Positions 1 to 9,589 of a stretch of 64,000 bases of DNA are shown piece by piece; position 1 is the first letter of the stretch, and the number at the start of each line of letters is the position of its first letter. Position numbers and translations under genes: made by a program. The notes beneath the pieces are model-generated. The model was given only the letters and a program-made list of their open reading frames with translations, was not told the DNA's origin and did no database searches. This DNA is from a virus. Its lineage: Duplodnaviria; Caudoviricetes. Location of the stretch: positions 138,142 through 202,141 of the IMG/VR virus record IMGVR_UViG_3300032236_001024. One strand, written 5' to 3'.

Positions 1-232
1 AATCATAATCATGTATTTTAATATTGATCTTACGTTTTGAATTGATTTTATTAATAGTACGGTTTAGAACAACTTGCCAGTTTTCACAACACCATGTGAC
101 AATTTTATCAAGGGTTGTGTAATCTTTTTCATTAATATCCCAATAATTATCACCATACTTTTTTTCAAAGTACCAACGCTCAAATACATAAGCTGACCAA
201 TCAGTTTTATACGGTCCCATATAAACTTTCAT
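1..232 (-). CDS. hypothetical phage protein (partial, runs off window edge)
   Basis: Manually read ORF MKVYMGPYKTDWSAYVFERWYFEKKYG..., ATG overlaps the upstream stop (TAATG). Confidence 0.55.
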   Translation of the reverse strand, partial: MKVYMGPYKTDWSAYVFERWYFEKKYGDNYWDINEKDYTTLDKIVTWCCENWQVVLNRTINKINSKRKINIKIHDYD

Positions 233-399
233 TAGTCTTCCCTTTCCACTTTCAAACCTTGTTTGGCAAACCAAGTGATAGCTATCAATTTTTCTTCATC
301 TGTGTAATAAGAAGATTCCAGAACCATATTAATTCTTTTTAGGATATCTGTCAACCAATTTATTTGTGCTTGCTTAAGGTCAAGTTCAACATTCGCCAT
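232..399 (-). CDS. small hypothetical protein (55 aa)
   Basis: Manually read ORF MANVELDLKQAQINWLTDILKRIN..., coupled to both neighbours. Confidence 0.5.
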   Translation of the reverse strand: MANVELDLKQAQINWLTDILKRINMVLESSYYTDEEKLIAITWFAKQGLKVERED

Positions 400-1157
400 C
401 AGAACACCATCCAGTTATTTTTATAATCCATACGATACTTTTCATGATTTACAATTCCCATCAAAGTCTTATCAGGCGGGATCATGTTGTATCTTGCTGT
501 CTTTTCATTTGGCTGTGTATAAGATTTCTTTTCTTCAATTGCAGCAATACAAGGACTAGGATCAACTACACGAAGAGGAATACTAAAAGCATTAGTAACA
601 CCCATCATATGATCAATAGAAACACCAAGAGGAAGCATAGGCAATCTATCAAGTGCTTCTAGACATGCATTCGCAGTCCATGGGGTCAATGCATAAGCAT
701 GTGTTCCTTCAAACTTTGTGATATCAACTTTCGTATAAGGAGCATCAATACACTCATAATCATCACGATTATCAAACCGATAACCTAAAAAAACAAATTC
801 ATGATCTACAACGTCCACATCAAGAAAATTCTTTTTAACCAATGCATCATGTTCAAACACTGCAACAGCACCTTTATGATCTGCAGCAATCTTCTTCCAT
901 ATAGCAAGATGACCAGTTATACAACACTGTTCCTTAAACCATACATCAAAAACAGGATCATCCTTATTTTCTTCTACAACACGATTTACACGAAATCCCC
1001 ATTTCTCATGTATATGATCAACAGTTGTAGGAAGCTTCAAACCAAGAAAAGGAGTTACTGGAATGCCATGCTCTTCGCAGGACTTCTTACACTCTTCCAT
1101 ATACTTAATTGAATTTGGCTCATCAATGTAAAGAATATATGCATGTTCAATTTTCAT
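399..1157 (-). CDS. glycosyltransferase family 25-like protein
   Basis: CITGHLAIWKKI, AVFEHDAL and GTHAYALTP match GT25 motifs (GCxxSHxxxW, xEDD, txaYxit). Confidence 0.7.
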   Translation of the reverse strand: MKIEHAYILYIDEPNSIKYMEECKKSCEEHGIPVTPFLGLKLPTTVDHIHEKWGFRVNRVVEENKDDPVFDVWFKEQCCITGHLAIWKKIAADHKGAVAVFEHDALVKKNFLDVDVVDHEFVFLGYRFDNRDDYECIDAPYTKVDITKFEGTHAYALTPWTANACLEALDRLPMLPLGVSIDHMMGVTNAFSIPLRVVDPSPCIAAIEEKKSYTQPNEKTARYNMIPPDKTLMGIVNHEKYRMDYKNNWMVF

Positions 1158-1237
1158 ATTTCACCTTATGATTTTTTAAATTTTCTTCCTTTATAATACC
1201 CTAAAGATATCCATTTTTCAAGATCATCTTTTTTTAT

Positions 1238-1630
1238 TTAGGCGTCTCTCGTAACAAAGTGAGGACGAATCTTGGTAGGTTCAAAATACTTCTGAACAAC
1301 TTCAAATACTACATCATCTTCGAAGTCTTTGCAAGAGAAAACATCCATATAGAAATCACCATTGTTTTCACAGAAGTGACCAGCAATATGTGATGTTTCA
1401 ATCATCTGAACAAAACTAATACCAGCCTTATCAGGATCATGTGTTGCAAAACGACTAATTATTGGTTCTCCATATGCAACCATGTCAATAGCAAAAACTA
1501 ACTCTTTTACAAAATTATATACATTTTCTTCAGAAGTAATCAACTCATGATTACCACCAGAACAATCCAAAAGCAAGTGCCAGCCCCAAGGTTCTACAAT
1601 CATTTCATTTCTCCATAAAAAAGAATACAC
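1238..1630 (-). CDS. speD: pyruvoyl-dependent S-adenosylmethionine decarboxylase family proenzyme
   Basis: WGWHLLLDCSG, self-cleavage-like IET-SHIAGH, DVFSCKDF; true start probably MIVEPWG. Confidence 0.8.
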   Translation of the reverse strand: MYSFLWRNEMIVEPWGWHLLLDCSGGNHELITSEENVYNFVKELVFAIDMVAYGEPIISRFATHDPDKAGISFVQMIETSHIAGHFCENNGDFYMDVFSCKDFEDDVVFEVVQKYFEPTKIRPHFVTRDA

Positions 1631-1648
1631 CCTATGTATTCGGTTGTG

Positions 1649-2413
1649 TTAAACAGGTCTTCTATAATCTAAAACATAATTAACGGGGAAATAAGCAACA
1701 TTTACGGATTTGCTTTGGTTTCCACCAAGAACCTTCACGTATAGTTGATTACCTTCCCATTCATAACCATTAAAGAAACCGACATGTCCTGTTTCTGAGC
1801 TTTTTCCACGCTTCAAAACAACAATGTCCCCTTCTCTAGGGGTTTTAGTTTTAATACCATAAGAAAGAAAACTTCTAGCCATAAGACTATCTGTTCCTTC
1901 ATATCCAGTACGACGAAGTACTGCATTAGCAAAAGCAGCACACCATGGCGTCCTTACAGGATCAACAGGTGTGTCATGTGTAGTCGAAGCTTTGAGATAA
2001 GTTTTAATTTCTTCTCTATTCTTTCGAGTATTTAGCCCCTCAAGTCTAGAAGCTTCATTTATAATTTTAGTTTTGGAATTGTTAAATCCTTGATTTGAAA
2101 TATCAGCAACTTTATTGGTCTGACGAGGTTCAAATTTAGTAGGAACAAATCCAATATTTTCACAAGCAAAAAATGCAGAAGCTGAAATATCAGAACCAAG
2201 ATTATAATTATTATAACACTGTGTTTTCAAATCTGCAATAGTTGGTGTTTTATCTTTTACCTTATTTTTTACTTGTTGTTTTTTTGTCACTTTTTTCTTT
2301 TCCTTCACAGGAATTACAGAAGAAAGTGGTTCAGCATATACATTATTTGGAATCATTTCTCCAATAGCAAATACACCTAATAATGCAAATACTGAAGTAT
2401 TTATTTTTTTCAT
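1649..2413 (-). CDS. TIGR02594-type NlpC/P60-like peptidoglycan hydrolase with signal peptide
   Basis: PWCAAFANAVL, ARSFLSYG, GDIVV, GHVGFF, VLGGNQS; hydrophobic N-terminus. Confidence 0.8.
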   Translation of the reverse strand: MKKINTSVFALLGVFAIGEMIPNNVYAEPLSSVIPVKEKKKVTKKQQVKNKVKDKTPTIADLKTQCYNNYNLGSDISASAFFACENIGFVPTKFEPRQTNKVADISNQGFNNSKTKIINEASRLEGLNTRKNREEIKTYLKASTTHDTPVDPVRTPWCAAFANAVLRRTGYEGTDSLMARSFLSYGIKTKTPREGDIVVLKRGKSSETGHVGFFNGYEWEGNQLYVKVLGGNQSKSVNVAYFPVNYVLDYRRPV

Positions 2414-2561
2414 TTTAATCTCCTCTCATATGCAGCTATAAATGACAACTTGCTGCAGTATGAACACATAGGGTGTATGTGTATTTATTGTTTTTTAATA
2501 CTTGTTATTCTTCCTTTATAAAATCCATCCCTCATTTATATAATAGTCTTATTGATATTGC

Positions 2562-2569
2562 TATTTATA
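2562..2569 (-). promoter_or_regulatory. T4-type late promoter TATAAATA
   Basis: Exact TATAAATA on the minus strand upstream of the 1649-2413 gene. Confidence 0.55.
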
Positions 2570-2586
2570 TAAATGAGGTGTTTATG

Positions 2587-2657
2587 CTGAGAGACAGGGA
2601 CTCGAACCCCGATAAGCAGATTCAAAGTCTGCGGTCCTACCATTAGACGATCTCTCA
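2587..2657 (-). tRNA. tRNA-Gln(UUG), no encoded CCA
   Basis: TGAGAGA/TCTCTCA acceptor, GCAGA-CT-TTG-AA-TCTGC anticodon arm, GGTTCGAGTCC T-arm. Confidence 0.93.
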
Positions 2658-2703
2658 ATTATTGACATAGTTTAATATGATTTGTTAACTATGTCAATTA
2701 ATA

Positions 2704-3501
2704 TTATGACTTACAGATTCTTTTCTTATCGTCTGCGATAGTCTTTAAATCAGTTACAGGAACTGGATTCTTAATATTCTTGGCATCTGGAACAGGGAAT
2801 GACAAACTTGACATTTTTTCGATATCGTTAACTGTTACTTGATACGTAGCAAAATCAGATACCAATCCATCCTTATGAGGGAAATAGAAAGCATAAGATT
2901 TCTTAGTTACATTATTAATAATAATTTTAAATAGAGCATCTGGAACAACTACTTTGTTTGCTCCAATAGTTTTTATTCCACCAATATTACCAGCAATAAT
3001 AGTATGAGCCTGCTTTGAAGAATACACCCATGCTCTACCAGCTGATTCTAAGTTCTTCCATACACCACGATTAACAGAAGGAAGTTGTGGTGACATATTA
3101 GACATATAAAATGATTCACGTTCTACAGCCAAATCCCAAGACTGATCAGCATCATTAGCAAGATGCCCCTGATCATAACCAGAACCAGCATAATCAGTAG
3201 GCTTAGGCGAAGCAGCACCAAGTGACTGATCTGCAGTGAATGCATTGGTACGTGGAATACATCCAATAGCATGATCAGGTGTTAGTGTCCAAGAAACCCA
3301 ATCAGGTGTCTTAGTCTGTGGATTAAATGCAAGCAAATAACCTGTACGACAAACAAGTGTATAACCAGTCTTAATTGCAGGCTGACCATAAGGAATATGA
3401 ACAGCGCACTGAGCAATAGGAAGAGGTGGTGCTTGGTCTGCAGCGTATACACCAAATGATGAAGCCAAGAACAAGAAAGAAGTAATTAATAATTTATTCA
3501 T
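2704..3501 (-). CDS. secreted DNA/RNA non-specific endonuclease (NucA/EndA family)
   Basis: Signal peptide, YDQGHLA, FYMSNMSPQLPSVNRGVWKNLE, VVVPDALFK. Confidence 0.9.
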   Translation of the reverse strand: MNKLLITSFLFLASSFGVYAADQAPPLPIAQCAVHIPYGQPAIKTGYTLVCRTGYLLAFNPQTKTPDWVSWTLTPDHAIGCIPRTNAFTADQSLGAASPKPTDYAGSGYDQGHLANDADQSWDLAVERESFYMSNMSPQLPSVNRGVWKNLESAGRAWVYSSKQAHTIIAGNIGGIKTIGANKVVVPDALFKIIINNVTKKSYAFYFPHKDGLVSDFATYQVTVNDIEKMSSLSFPVPDAKNIKNPVPVTDLKTIADDKKRICKS

Positions 3502-3533
3502 AATATTTCTCCAAGAAATTATATACCCCTTAT

Positions 3534-4325
3534 TTAGGCATAAAATTTCTTGGTGGCTCTAGCTTCAAATAACCTAGTACTAGTTACTGATGAAATATCT
3601 TTGATATTAAATGCATTTGTTTCTTTTTCAGAGCACACCCACATTTCATCTTTATATCTAATAGATGCATGTCTGAACCATTCATGCCAATGATCTTTTT
3701 GTAAATCAAACCACCATTGATCTGTAATAGGATCAGGCAATTTTTTCACATGAGATGATTTAGTCCACCAAAAATTTCCACTATAATGAGGCTCAGGCTC
3801 AGTCATATAATTTGTTCCTGCAACGTCAAAATTACTGTCTAGTGAATTTATACATTGCTTCCATTCATCAATGACTCCCCATACAAGATATTCTTTCCAA
3901 TAATAATAATTTATAAAACAATCAAAATTATAAGTTTTCAAATATCTTTCAAATGATGTAATTCCTTTTGAATGATTGTAAAGAAAATATGCATCTTCTT
4001 TACATGCATGATCATATAAAAGTTTTATTGTAGTATTTTCATTAACTTGTGGAGGAAATGAATGAGCATCATTCAGTGACAATAAATTATTATCATTCCC
4101 CATAGGATTATCATATGCTGTGAACTCATACTTATTCGAAAGAGTTTTAGCTAATCCATATGCTAATCTGATATTATCTATGTTGCCGATTACTATTAGA
4201 TGAATTTTTTCTAACTCATCTAATAGTCCAGAGTCTTCCATTTTTTTATAATTATCTAAAAGAAATGAAGACCATGCAGCAACATCATCTGTCAGATATA
4301 GATGATAGTACGCATATTTTTTCAC
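3534..4325 (-). CDS. hypothetical protein of glycan-cluster type
   Basis: YNHSKG...HYSGNFWWTKSSHV motif; coupled to the sugar methyltransferase genes. Confidence 0.55.
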   Translation of the reverse strand: MKKYAYYHLYLTDDVAAWSSFLLDNYKKMEDSGLLDELEKIHLIVIGNIDNIRLAYGLAKTLSNKYEFTAYDNPMGNDNNLLSLNDAHSFPPQVNENTTIKLLYDHACKEDAYFLYNHSKGITSFERYLKTYNFDCFINYYYWKEYLVWGVIDEWKQCINSLDSNFDVAGTNYMTEPEPHYSGNFWWTKSSHVKKLPDPITDQWWFDLQKDHWHEWFRHASIRYKDEMWVCSEKETNAFNIKDISSVTSTRLFEARATKKFYA

Positions 4326-5584
4326 TTCTTCATCTCAACCTTTGGGAAATAAGTAATGAAACGATCATACTGATGTTCTTCCTTATTCCTACGTTCCTTA
4401 ATCTTATTACGAATCTCATCAAAGAAATTCCATGCAAGAGGAACGAAAAGAGTTGTACCAATATTATCAATAGCATCAGCTGATACAATCGGTATGGAAG
4501 AACCGGGAGTAAATCTTCCCTGCTTCAATGGATTATCATCAACAATAAAATCAAGCTTGATCTTAGAATAGTTGAGTAGAGTCATACCCTTTGCAGCTGC
4601 GCCATAACCAACAACATTCCAACCAATATCATTCTGACGAACAAAATCAGTTTCGTACTTAAGTTTAGTCACAATATTCTCAGCATTCTGTGCATACTTA
4701 ATATAAGTATCTTCATCATAACGCTTATTATTTCTTTCAATCTGAATCAATTGATCAATCTTACCTTCGAAGAAAGGAAAACGAATTTCAGGATTCTTTG
4801 AAATAACAAACACGTAACTAGTGCCATGAATTGGCATATACTGAACATCAAGAAGATGAAGACCAGCTCTCTTACACAATTCATTCATAGACTGAATATT
4901 AAAGAATGAAATGTGCTCATGATAGATGGTATCAAATTCATTGTTTTCAATCATGAATGCCTGTGATGTTTGAATAAACAACAAAGTATTATCATGCATA
5001 GCGTGTTTTGCAGTTTCCAAGAACCCAAGAGGATTTGGTCCATGTGCAAATACATTCTGTGCAGTGATAACATCAAATGTCATTGGGTCGCCATCAGGCG
5101 AAAGAATAGTATCATCAAGGAAATCTTCACCAAAGTAATCGCACCATACTGTGTGATTCTTAGAAGAACGCTCATACAAATTTTGAGCAGGGTCAACACC
5201 ATAAGTAATGAATCCCAATTCCTTAAAATAATCTAATTGAGTACCATCATTGCATCCAATATCAAGTACAGACAATTGCTTATCAGTTTCACCAAGCGTA
5301 GTTTTTACATACTTGGCAAAATGACCACAATGACTATGCATTGTAGTGGCTGTTCCACTAACATAAAGATAATCATCAAACATAAGATGAGGATCGACAG
5401 AATGAGTTAACTGAATGTGATAACAATCAGTACAACGATTAATAGCAAGAGGATACTCTTCCTGCACATCGTCTTTATTCAATTTATAAGAGTTTGCAAG
5501 AGGCTGAGTATTAAGATCAAGAGTAAGCTTAAGATTGTGTGATCCACATGCCACACATGATGTAAGTTCTGTACAATTTTCCAT
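4322..5584 (-). CDS. NDP-hexose C-methyltransferase (Zn-finger + SAM-dependent MTase)
   Basis: CVACGS and CTDCYHIQL Zn motifs, VLDIGCNDG, YHEHISFF, GYGAAAKG. Confidence 0.88.
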   Translation of the reverse strand: MENCTELTSCVACGSHNLKLTLDLNTQPLANSYKLNKDDVQEEYPLAINRCTDCYHIQLTHSVDPHLMFDDYLYVSGTATTMHSHCGHFAKYVKTTLGETDKQLSVLDIGCNDGTQLDYFKELGFITYGVDPAQNLYERSSKNHTVWCDYFGEDFLDDTILSPDGDPMTFDVITAQNVFAHGPNPLGFLETAKHAMHDNTLLFIQTSQAFMIENNEFDTIYHEHISFFNIQSMNELCKRAGLHLLDVQYMPIHGTSYVFVISKNPEIRFPFFEGKIDQLIQIERNNKRYDEDTYIKYAQNAENIVTKLKYETDFVRQNDIGWNVVGYGAAAKGMTLLNYSKIKLDFIVDDNPLKQGRFTPGSSIPIVSADAIDNIGTTLFVPLAWNFFDEIRNKIKERRNKEEHQYDRFITYFPKVEMKK

Positions 5585-6273
5585 TATTTAAATGCTCCAA
5601 TATTTGCTTCTTCAATTCCTCTACTAAACTTTCGAGTCATTTCAACAAGAGGTTCTTTTTCGAACACAACCATACTATCATAAAATGATATTCCAGACAA
5701 GCCAGTTGACATATTCTTTTTTTGTTCAATTTGACCATGACCATCACGCATATGGTTGTAATTAAGTACATCGACAAAATTTTTACTATACTCATTGAAT
5801 GACATTAGATTTTTATATCCACCGCCAAATTCACCCCAATAACTTGTATGTGTATCTTCACATACATACACACCACCTTCATTTATTATGGGGAAAACTT
5901 TTTCAAATGTTGTGATCTGTTGATTCATCGTATGACCACCATCTTCAACAATAGCATCAATATTACCAATCTCAGAAAGTGTTCTATCCCAAAAATCTTT
6001 AGATGATTGATCGCCAATAATAATTTTTATATTTGGATTGTCATATACCAATTCAGCACATTTTGGTTCAATATCAATACCATACAATTTACTTTCTGGA
6101 CCAAAATACTTGGACCACATTTCAAGTGATCCACCATTTTGAACTCCAACCTCTACAAATGTTATATTTTTTCCTTTAAATTTATGAAAATGTTTTTCAT
6201 AAACATCGAAATACCTATCCCATTTATCAGAGAATTTATTCAATCCATAGAATATTTCTCTTAATGTACTCAT
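5584..6273 (-). CDS. class I SAM-dependent methyltransferase (sugar O-MTase-like)
   Basis: VEVGVQNGGSLEMW, YGIDI, IGDQS, IVEDGGH, YVCEDTHTSYW. Confidence 0.8.
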   Translation of the reverse strand: MSTLREIFYGLNKFSDKWDRYFDVYEKHFHKFKGKNITFVEVGVQNGGSLEMWSKYFGPESKLYGIDIEPKCAELVYDNPNIKIIIGDQSSKDFWDRTLSEIGNIDAIVEDGGHTMNQQITTFEKVFPIINEGGVYVCEDTHTSYWGEFGGGYKNLMSFNEYSKNFVDVLNYNHMRDGHGQIEQKKNMSTGLSGISFYDSMVVFEKEPLVEMTRKFSRGIEEANIGAFK

Positions 6274-7310
6274 AGTTCAATCCATTCTTTATTTGCAAGA
6301 GACCAATCAACAACTTCTTGGATACGTTCCTTCAAAGTCAAACGAGGTTCCCAACCAAGCTGACGCATAAAATCACCATCCAAAGCATAACGAAGATCAT
6401 GACCGGGGCGTGAAGTATGAAAGTCAACCATTTCATAATTAAGCTTCTTGCCTTGTGCATCAGCAATATATGTAGCAAGCTGTAGATTATTAATTTCTTC
6501 CTTGCCAACAACATTAAACTTAGGGCACTTTGCATGACCATAATCAGGTGTATAAACAATCTTCTTCTGTTCTTCATTTAAGTGAAGAAGAAAATACATT
6601 GCCTCTGCAACATCCTTAGCATGAATATAATAACGAGAACCGGGAATTGTCTTAGAAGAATCTGAATGAATAGTAATAGTTTCTTCATCACGAACTTTAC
6701 GGATACACATAGGAATAAACTTTTCTGGATGCTGACGCTCACCAAAAACGTTCATAGTATGCGTAATAAAGATAGGAAGCTTATAAGTATTCTCATAAGC
6801 AACACAAAACTCTTCTGCAGCTGCTTTAGAAGCAGAATAAGGATTAGTAGAATTATACCTATCACGTTCCTTATATGAAACACCTGGAGGTGCAACACCA
6901 AAAATTTCATCTGTACTGAAATAAATGAACCGCTCTAGATTCTTTAATGTACGTGCAAAGTTAAGAATGTTTACAGTACCTACAGTATTGTCCATAACAA
7001 ATTCCATGGGATGCGTAATAGAACGATCAACATGGCTACTAGCAGCAAGATGCAAGATTACATTAACATCGCCAATGAAATTATTATTGATCTCTGTGAT
7101 TTCTGCCTTAAGATCATGCCATACAATCTTGACTCTCTTACGAGTTTCAGCATCATACTGAGATACTACACTATGCAATCGGTTTAGATTACCAGAATAA
7201 TCCAAACGATCTAATGTAACGATTTCCCAATCTGTCTTCTTAAGGAAAAGATCAATAATGTGATGCCCAATAAACCCAGCACCACCAGTGATAAGAACAC
7301 GCTTTGTCAT
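6270..7310 (-). CDS. rmlB: dTDP-glucose 4,6-dehydratase-like SDR
   Basis: GGAGFIG, HLAASSHVDRS, STDE, YSASK, RPGHDLRY. Confidence 0.85.
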   Translation of the reverse strand: MTKRVLITGGAGFIGHHIIDLFLKKTDWEIVTLDRLDYSGNLNRLHSVVSQYDAETRKRVKIVWHDLKAEITEINNNFIGDVNVILHLAASSHVDRSITHPMEFVMDNTVGTVNILNFARTLKNLERFIYFSTDEIFGVAPPGVSYKERDRYNSTNPYSASKAAAEEFCVAYENTYKLPIFITHTMNVFGERQHPEKFIPMCIRKVRDEETITIHSDSSKTIPGSRYYIHAKDVAEAMYFLLHLNEEQKKIVYTPDYGHAKCPKFNVVGKEEINNLQLATYIADAQGKKLNYEMVDFHTSRPGHDLRYALDGDFMRQLGWEPRLTLKERIQEVVDWSLANKEWIEL

Positions 7311-7335
7311 TTATTTCTCCATATTAAAATTTTTA

Positions 7336-8106
7336 TTATTCAGAATTGTCCTGAATTTTCCACGCTCGCAAAACTTCAACAGATTTCTTGTATTCGTAAT
7401 TATAACCAAGCTTCTCTGTCATGTATTTAGGGAAGAATTCTTTGGTCAAATATTCCATTTCTTGATATGCTTCAGAATGATCATATGTACTTTCATCTGG
7501 TCGCATATGCTTCACAGTATTCTTATGTATAACATATGCAGTGGTTTGTAAATACTGACACCAAATTAAATCCAACCCCCAAACACCTTTTTTGAATTTA
7601 TAATCAGCCAACAACCTTAAAAGTTTTCTAAAGTTATCATTCCTAAAGAATGGCATCCCACATTCAATAAAATCTGTTTGTGTATAAAATAATTCTGGAT
7701 TGTGTTGCATTAAAGGCCAATTTGACCATGATGTGACAGCTTGATGAAACATTCCAAAATCATAGTGTCTAGCAATTGCTAATGCCTCATTCACTGATTG
7801 AATATCAGTAGCAAAATCATCATCAAAGCATCCAATATAATCGTAGTCTTCCCATTTAATTATTTTAGATGCTTCTTCAATAATATTCCACTTCAAACCT
7901 TTACGGCGAATGATATAATCATATGTTCCCGGTTCTGGTTCAAAATCATTATATACTATTGCACATGTATCGTATGTGCGTTCAGGTTTAGTAAATCTCC
8001 AATGATTATCCTTATCATAATCATCATCAAAAAATAACCCAGTTCCCAATGCAACAAATATTAATGCTCTATTCATATTAAAACCCCGTTCTGTACGAGT
8101 TGTCAA
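7336..8106 (-). CDS. DUF707-like putative glycosyltransferase
   Basis: YDYIGCFDDD, FIECGMPFF, WGLDLIW. Confidence 0.6.
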   Translation of the reverse strand: MTTRTERGFNMNRALIFVALGTGLFFDDDYDKDNHWRFTKPERTYDTCAIVYNDFEPEPGTYDYIIRRKGLKWNIIEEASKIIKWEDYDYIGCFDDDFATDIQSVNEALAIARHYDFGMFHQAVTSWSNWPLMQHNPELFYTQTDFIECGMPFFRNDNFRKLLRLLADYKFKKGVWGLDLIWCQYLQTTAYVIHKNTVKHMRPDESTYDHSEAYQEMEYLTKEFFPKYMTEKLGYNYEYKKSVEVLRAWKIQDNSE

Positions 8107-8785
8107 TTCTGATCTTATTTATCAAGGCTGGCATATCCCTGTTATATACAATTCCTTCTGCGTTCATCATAGGAACTGCTTCTGGAATAGTCGAAGTTGT
8201 TGTAGCATATGGCGTATGATGAAGAAGATTGGTAATTAAATAATTCTGATTCATCATAAAATACTGTGTATCATATACAAAATTATCGCCCCAACAAATA
8301 TCTAAACCATCAATAATAGGAATCCAATTATTTCTATGAAGAAACATAAGCATTCCAAATCCAAGATGTTCACGGAAATGATATGGGTTTGGGCTATGAA
8401 CAATATCAATCGTTCCAGTCGTCACAGGAATTTGTGGTGTATCTTTAACACCGGGAGAAATACCATACACTCCCCTATGAGGAGAAATATGAGGATAAAT
8501 TCTATGAAACAACTTAAGATCAAATATCAAATCATCGCCATAAAGACAAATCTTATCATACTTTACTTCTGGTACAGCATAATTCCATGCTGGGTTTACA
8601 TAAATGTTTTTCCCAAAAGTATGCATAGTGATATTAGGATGATTAAGAATTTCAATATTTGGTCTTTCTTCTGGGTTGTTATCAATAATAAAAATCTCAC
8701 CCACATATGAGCTAGATAACATATCCCCAAGAAATTGATAAAATGGTTTATATTTCCACATTGTGGGTACAATAACACTAATCAT
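8078..8785 (-). CDS. GT-A fold glycosyltransferase (family 2-like)
   Basis: ISVIVPTMW, EIFIIDN, NIYVNPAWN, GDD, WGDN. Confidence 0.75.
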   Translation of the reverse strand: MISVIVPTMWKYKPFYQFLGDMLSSSYVGEIFIIDNNPEERPNIEILNHPNITMHTFGKNIYVNPAWNYAVPEVKYDKICLYGDDLIFDLKLFHRIYPHISPHRGVYGISPGVKDTPQIPVTTGTIDIVHSPNPYHFREHLGFGMLMFLHRNNWIPIIDGLDICWGDNFVYDTQYFMMNQNYLITNLLHHTPYATTTSTIPEAVPMMNAEGIVYNRDMPALINKIRIDNSYRTGF

Positions 8786-8794
8786 AATAACCTC

Positions 8795-9511
8795 TTAAAG
8801 ACTGATTAAACCATGACCAAAAAATTTAGTTTCTTTAGTTCCAAATCTGCTTTCATTCATTTGCTTATAATAATATCCATGCCAACTCAACTTACAAAAA
8901 TACATCTTATTATTTCCAACAGCAAATGGAATTAATGTAGGATATGAAAGCATATACTTACATACGCCTTCAACAACACTCATCCACCAATGATTAGTAA
9001 TATCATCAATGATGACAACACCTTCATTGTGAATTAAATCACTAGCAATCTTTAAATCGTTGATTGTATGCTCTACTGTATGACCACCATCAACGGACAT
9101 GAAACGAAGAGAACCAGCTGGAATAGTTTTTCTCATAATATCTTTGGAATCTGTAGAATCTTCTTCAAGCAAGATAATATTATTTCCCTTATGCCTATCA
9201 TACTTGATGATATTATCAGCGAACATATCCTTTCTTCCTTGACCAGAATTATCAATGTTCAAGTGTTGAAGATCAAATACATCTACAGCATATGACTTAT
9301 ATTTTTCTTCGATTGCTTGATTTAAGAGAAGGAAAAGTTTTCCATGATGAATACCAATTTCACATGCGCCGCCTTCTTTGTTTAGCGGCAAACTATCAAA
9401 ATGGTCTACAATTTCTGCCACTCTTTCGTGACACCATCCCTCAACATTATTAAATCCATTATTCACATAATTTTCAATATACTTATTATTAAAATTCATA
9501 ATATACCTCAC
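8795..9511 (-). CDS. class I SAM-dependent methyltransferase
   Basis: CEIGIHHGK, FMSVDGGHT, GVVIIDD. Confidence 0.8.
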   Translation of the reverse strand: MRYIMNFNNKYIENYVNNGFNNVEGWCHERVAEIVDHFDSLPLNKEGGACEIGIHHGKLFLLLNQAIEEKYKSYAVDVFDLQHLNIDNSGQGRKDMFADNIIKYDRHKGNNIILLEEDSTDSKDIMRKTIPAGSLRFMSVDGGHTVEHTINDLKIASDLIHNEGVVIIDDITNHWWMSVVEGVCKYMLSYPTLIPFAVGNNKMYFCKLSWHGYYYKQMNESRFGTKETKFFGHGLISL

Positions 9512-9552
9512 TCATTTTCTTCATAATATACTATTATTTATGTAATGTCAAT

Positions 9553-9580
9553 AGGGGGTAGAATTGATTTCCTACCCCCT
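9553..9580 (-). terminator. putative intrinsic terminator hairpin
   Basis: AGGGGGTAG / CTACCCCCT 9-bp inverted repeat just after the autotransporter-like stop. Confidence 0.6.
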
Positions 9581-9589
9581 AAAGTATTA

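Noticed and set aside
2661-2698. ATTGACATAG / CTATGTCAAT inverted repeat as a mobile-element end or operator
   Set aside because: Adequately explained as a TTGACA-N17-TAAACT promoter for tRNA-Gln and/or a terminator for the nuclease gene; no second copy seen.
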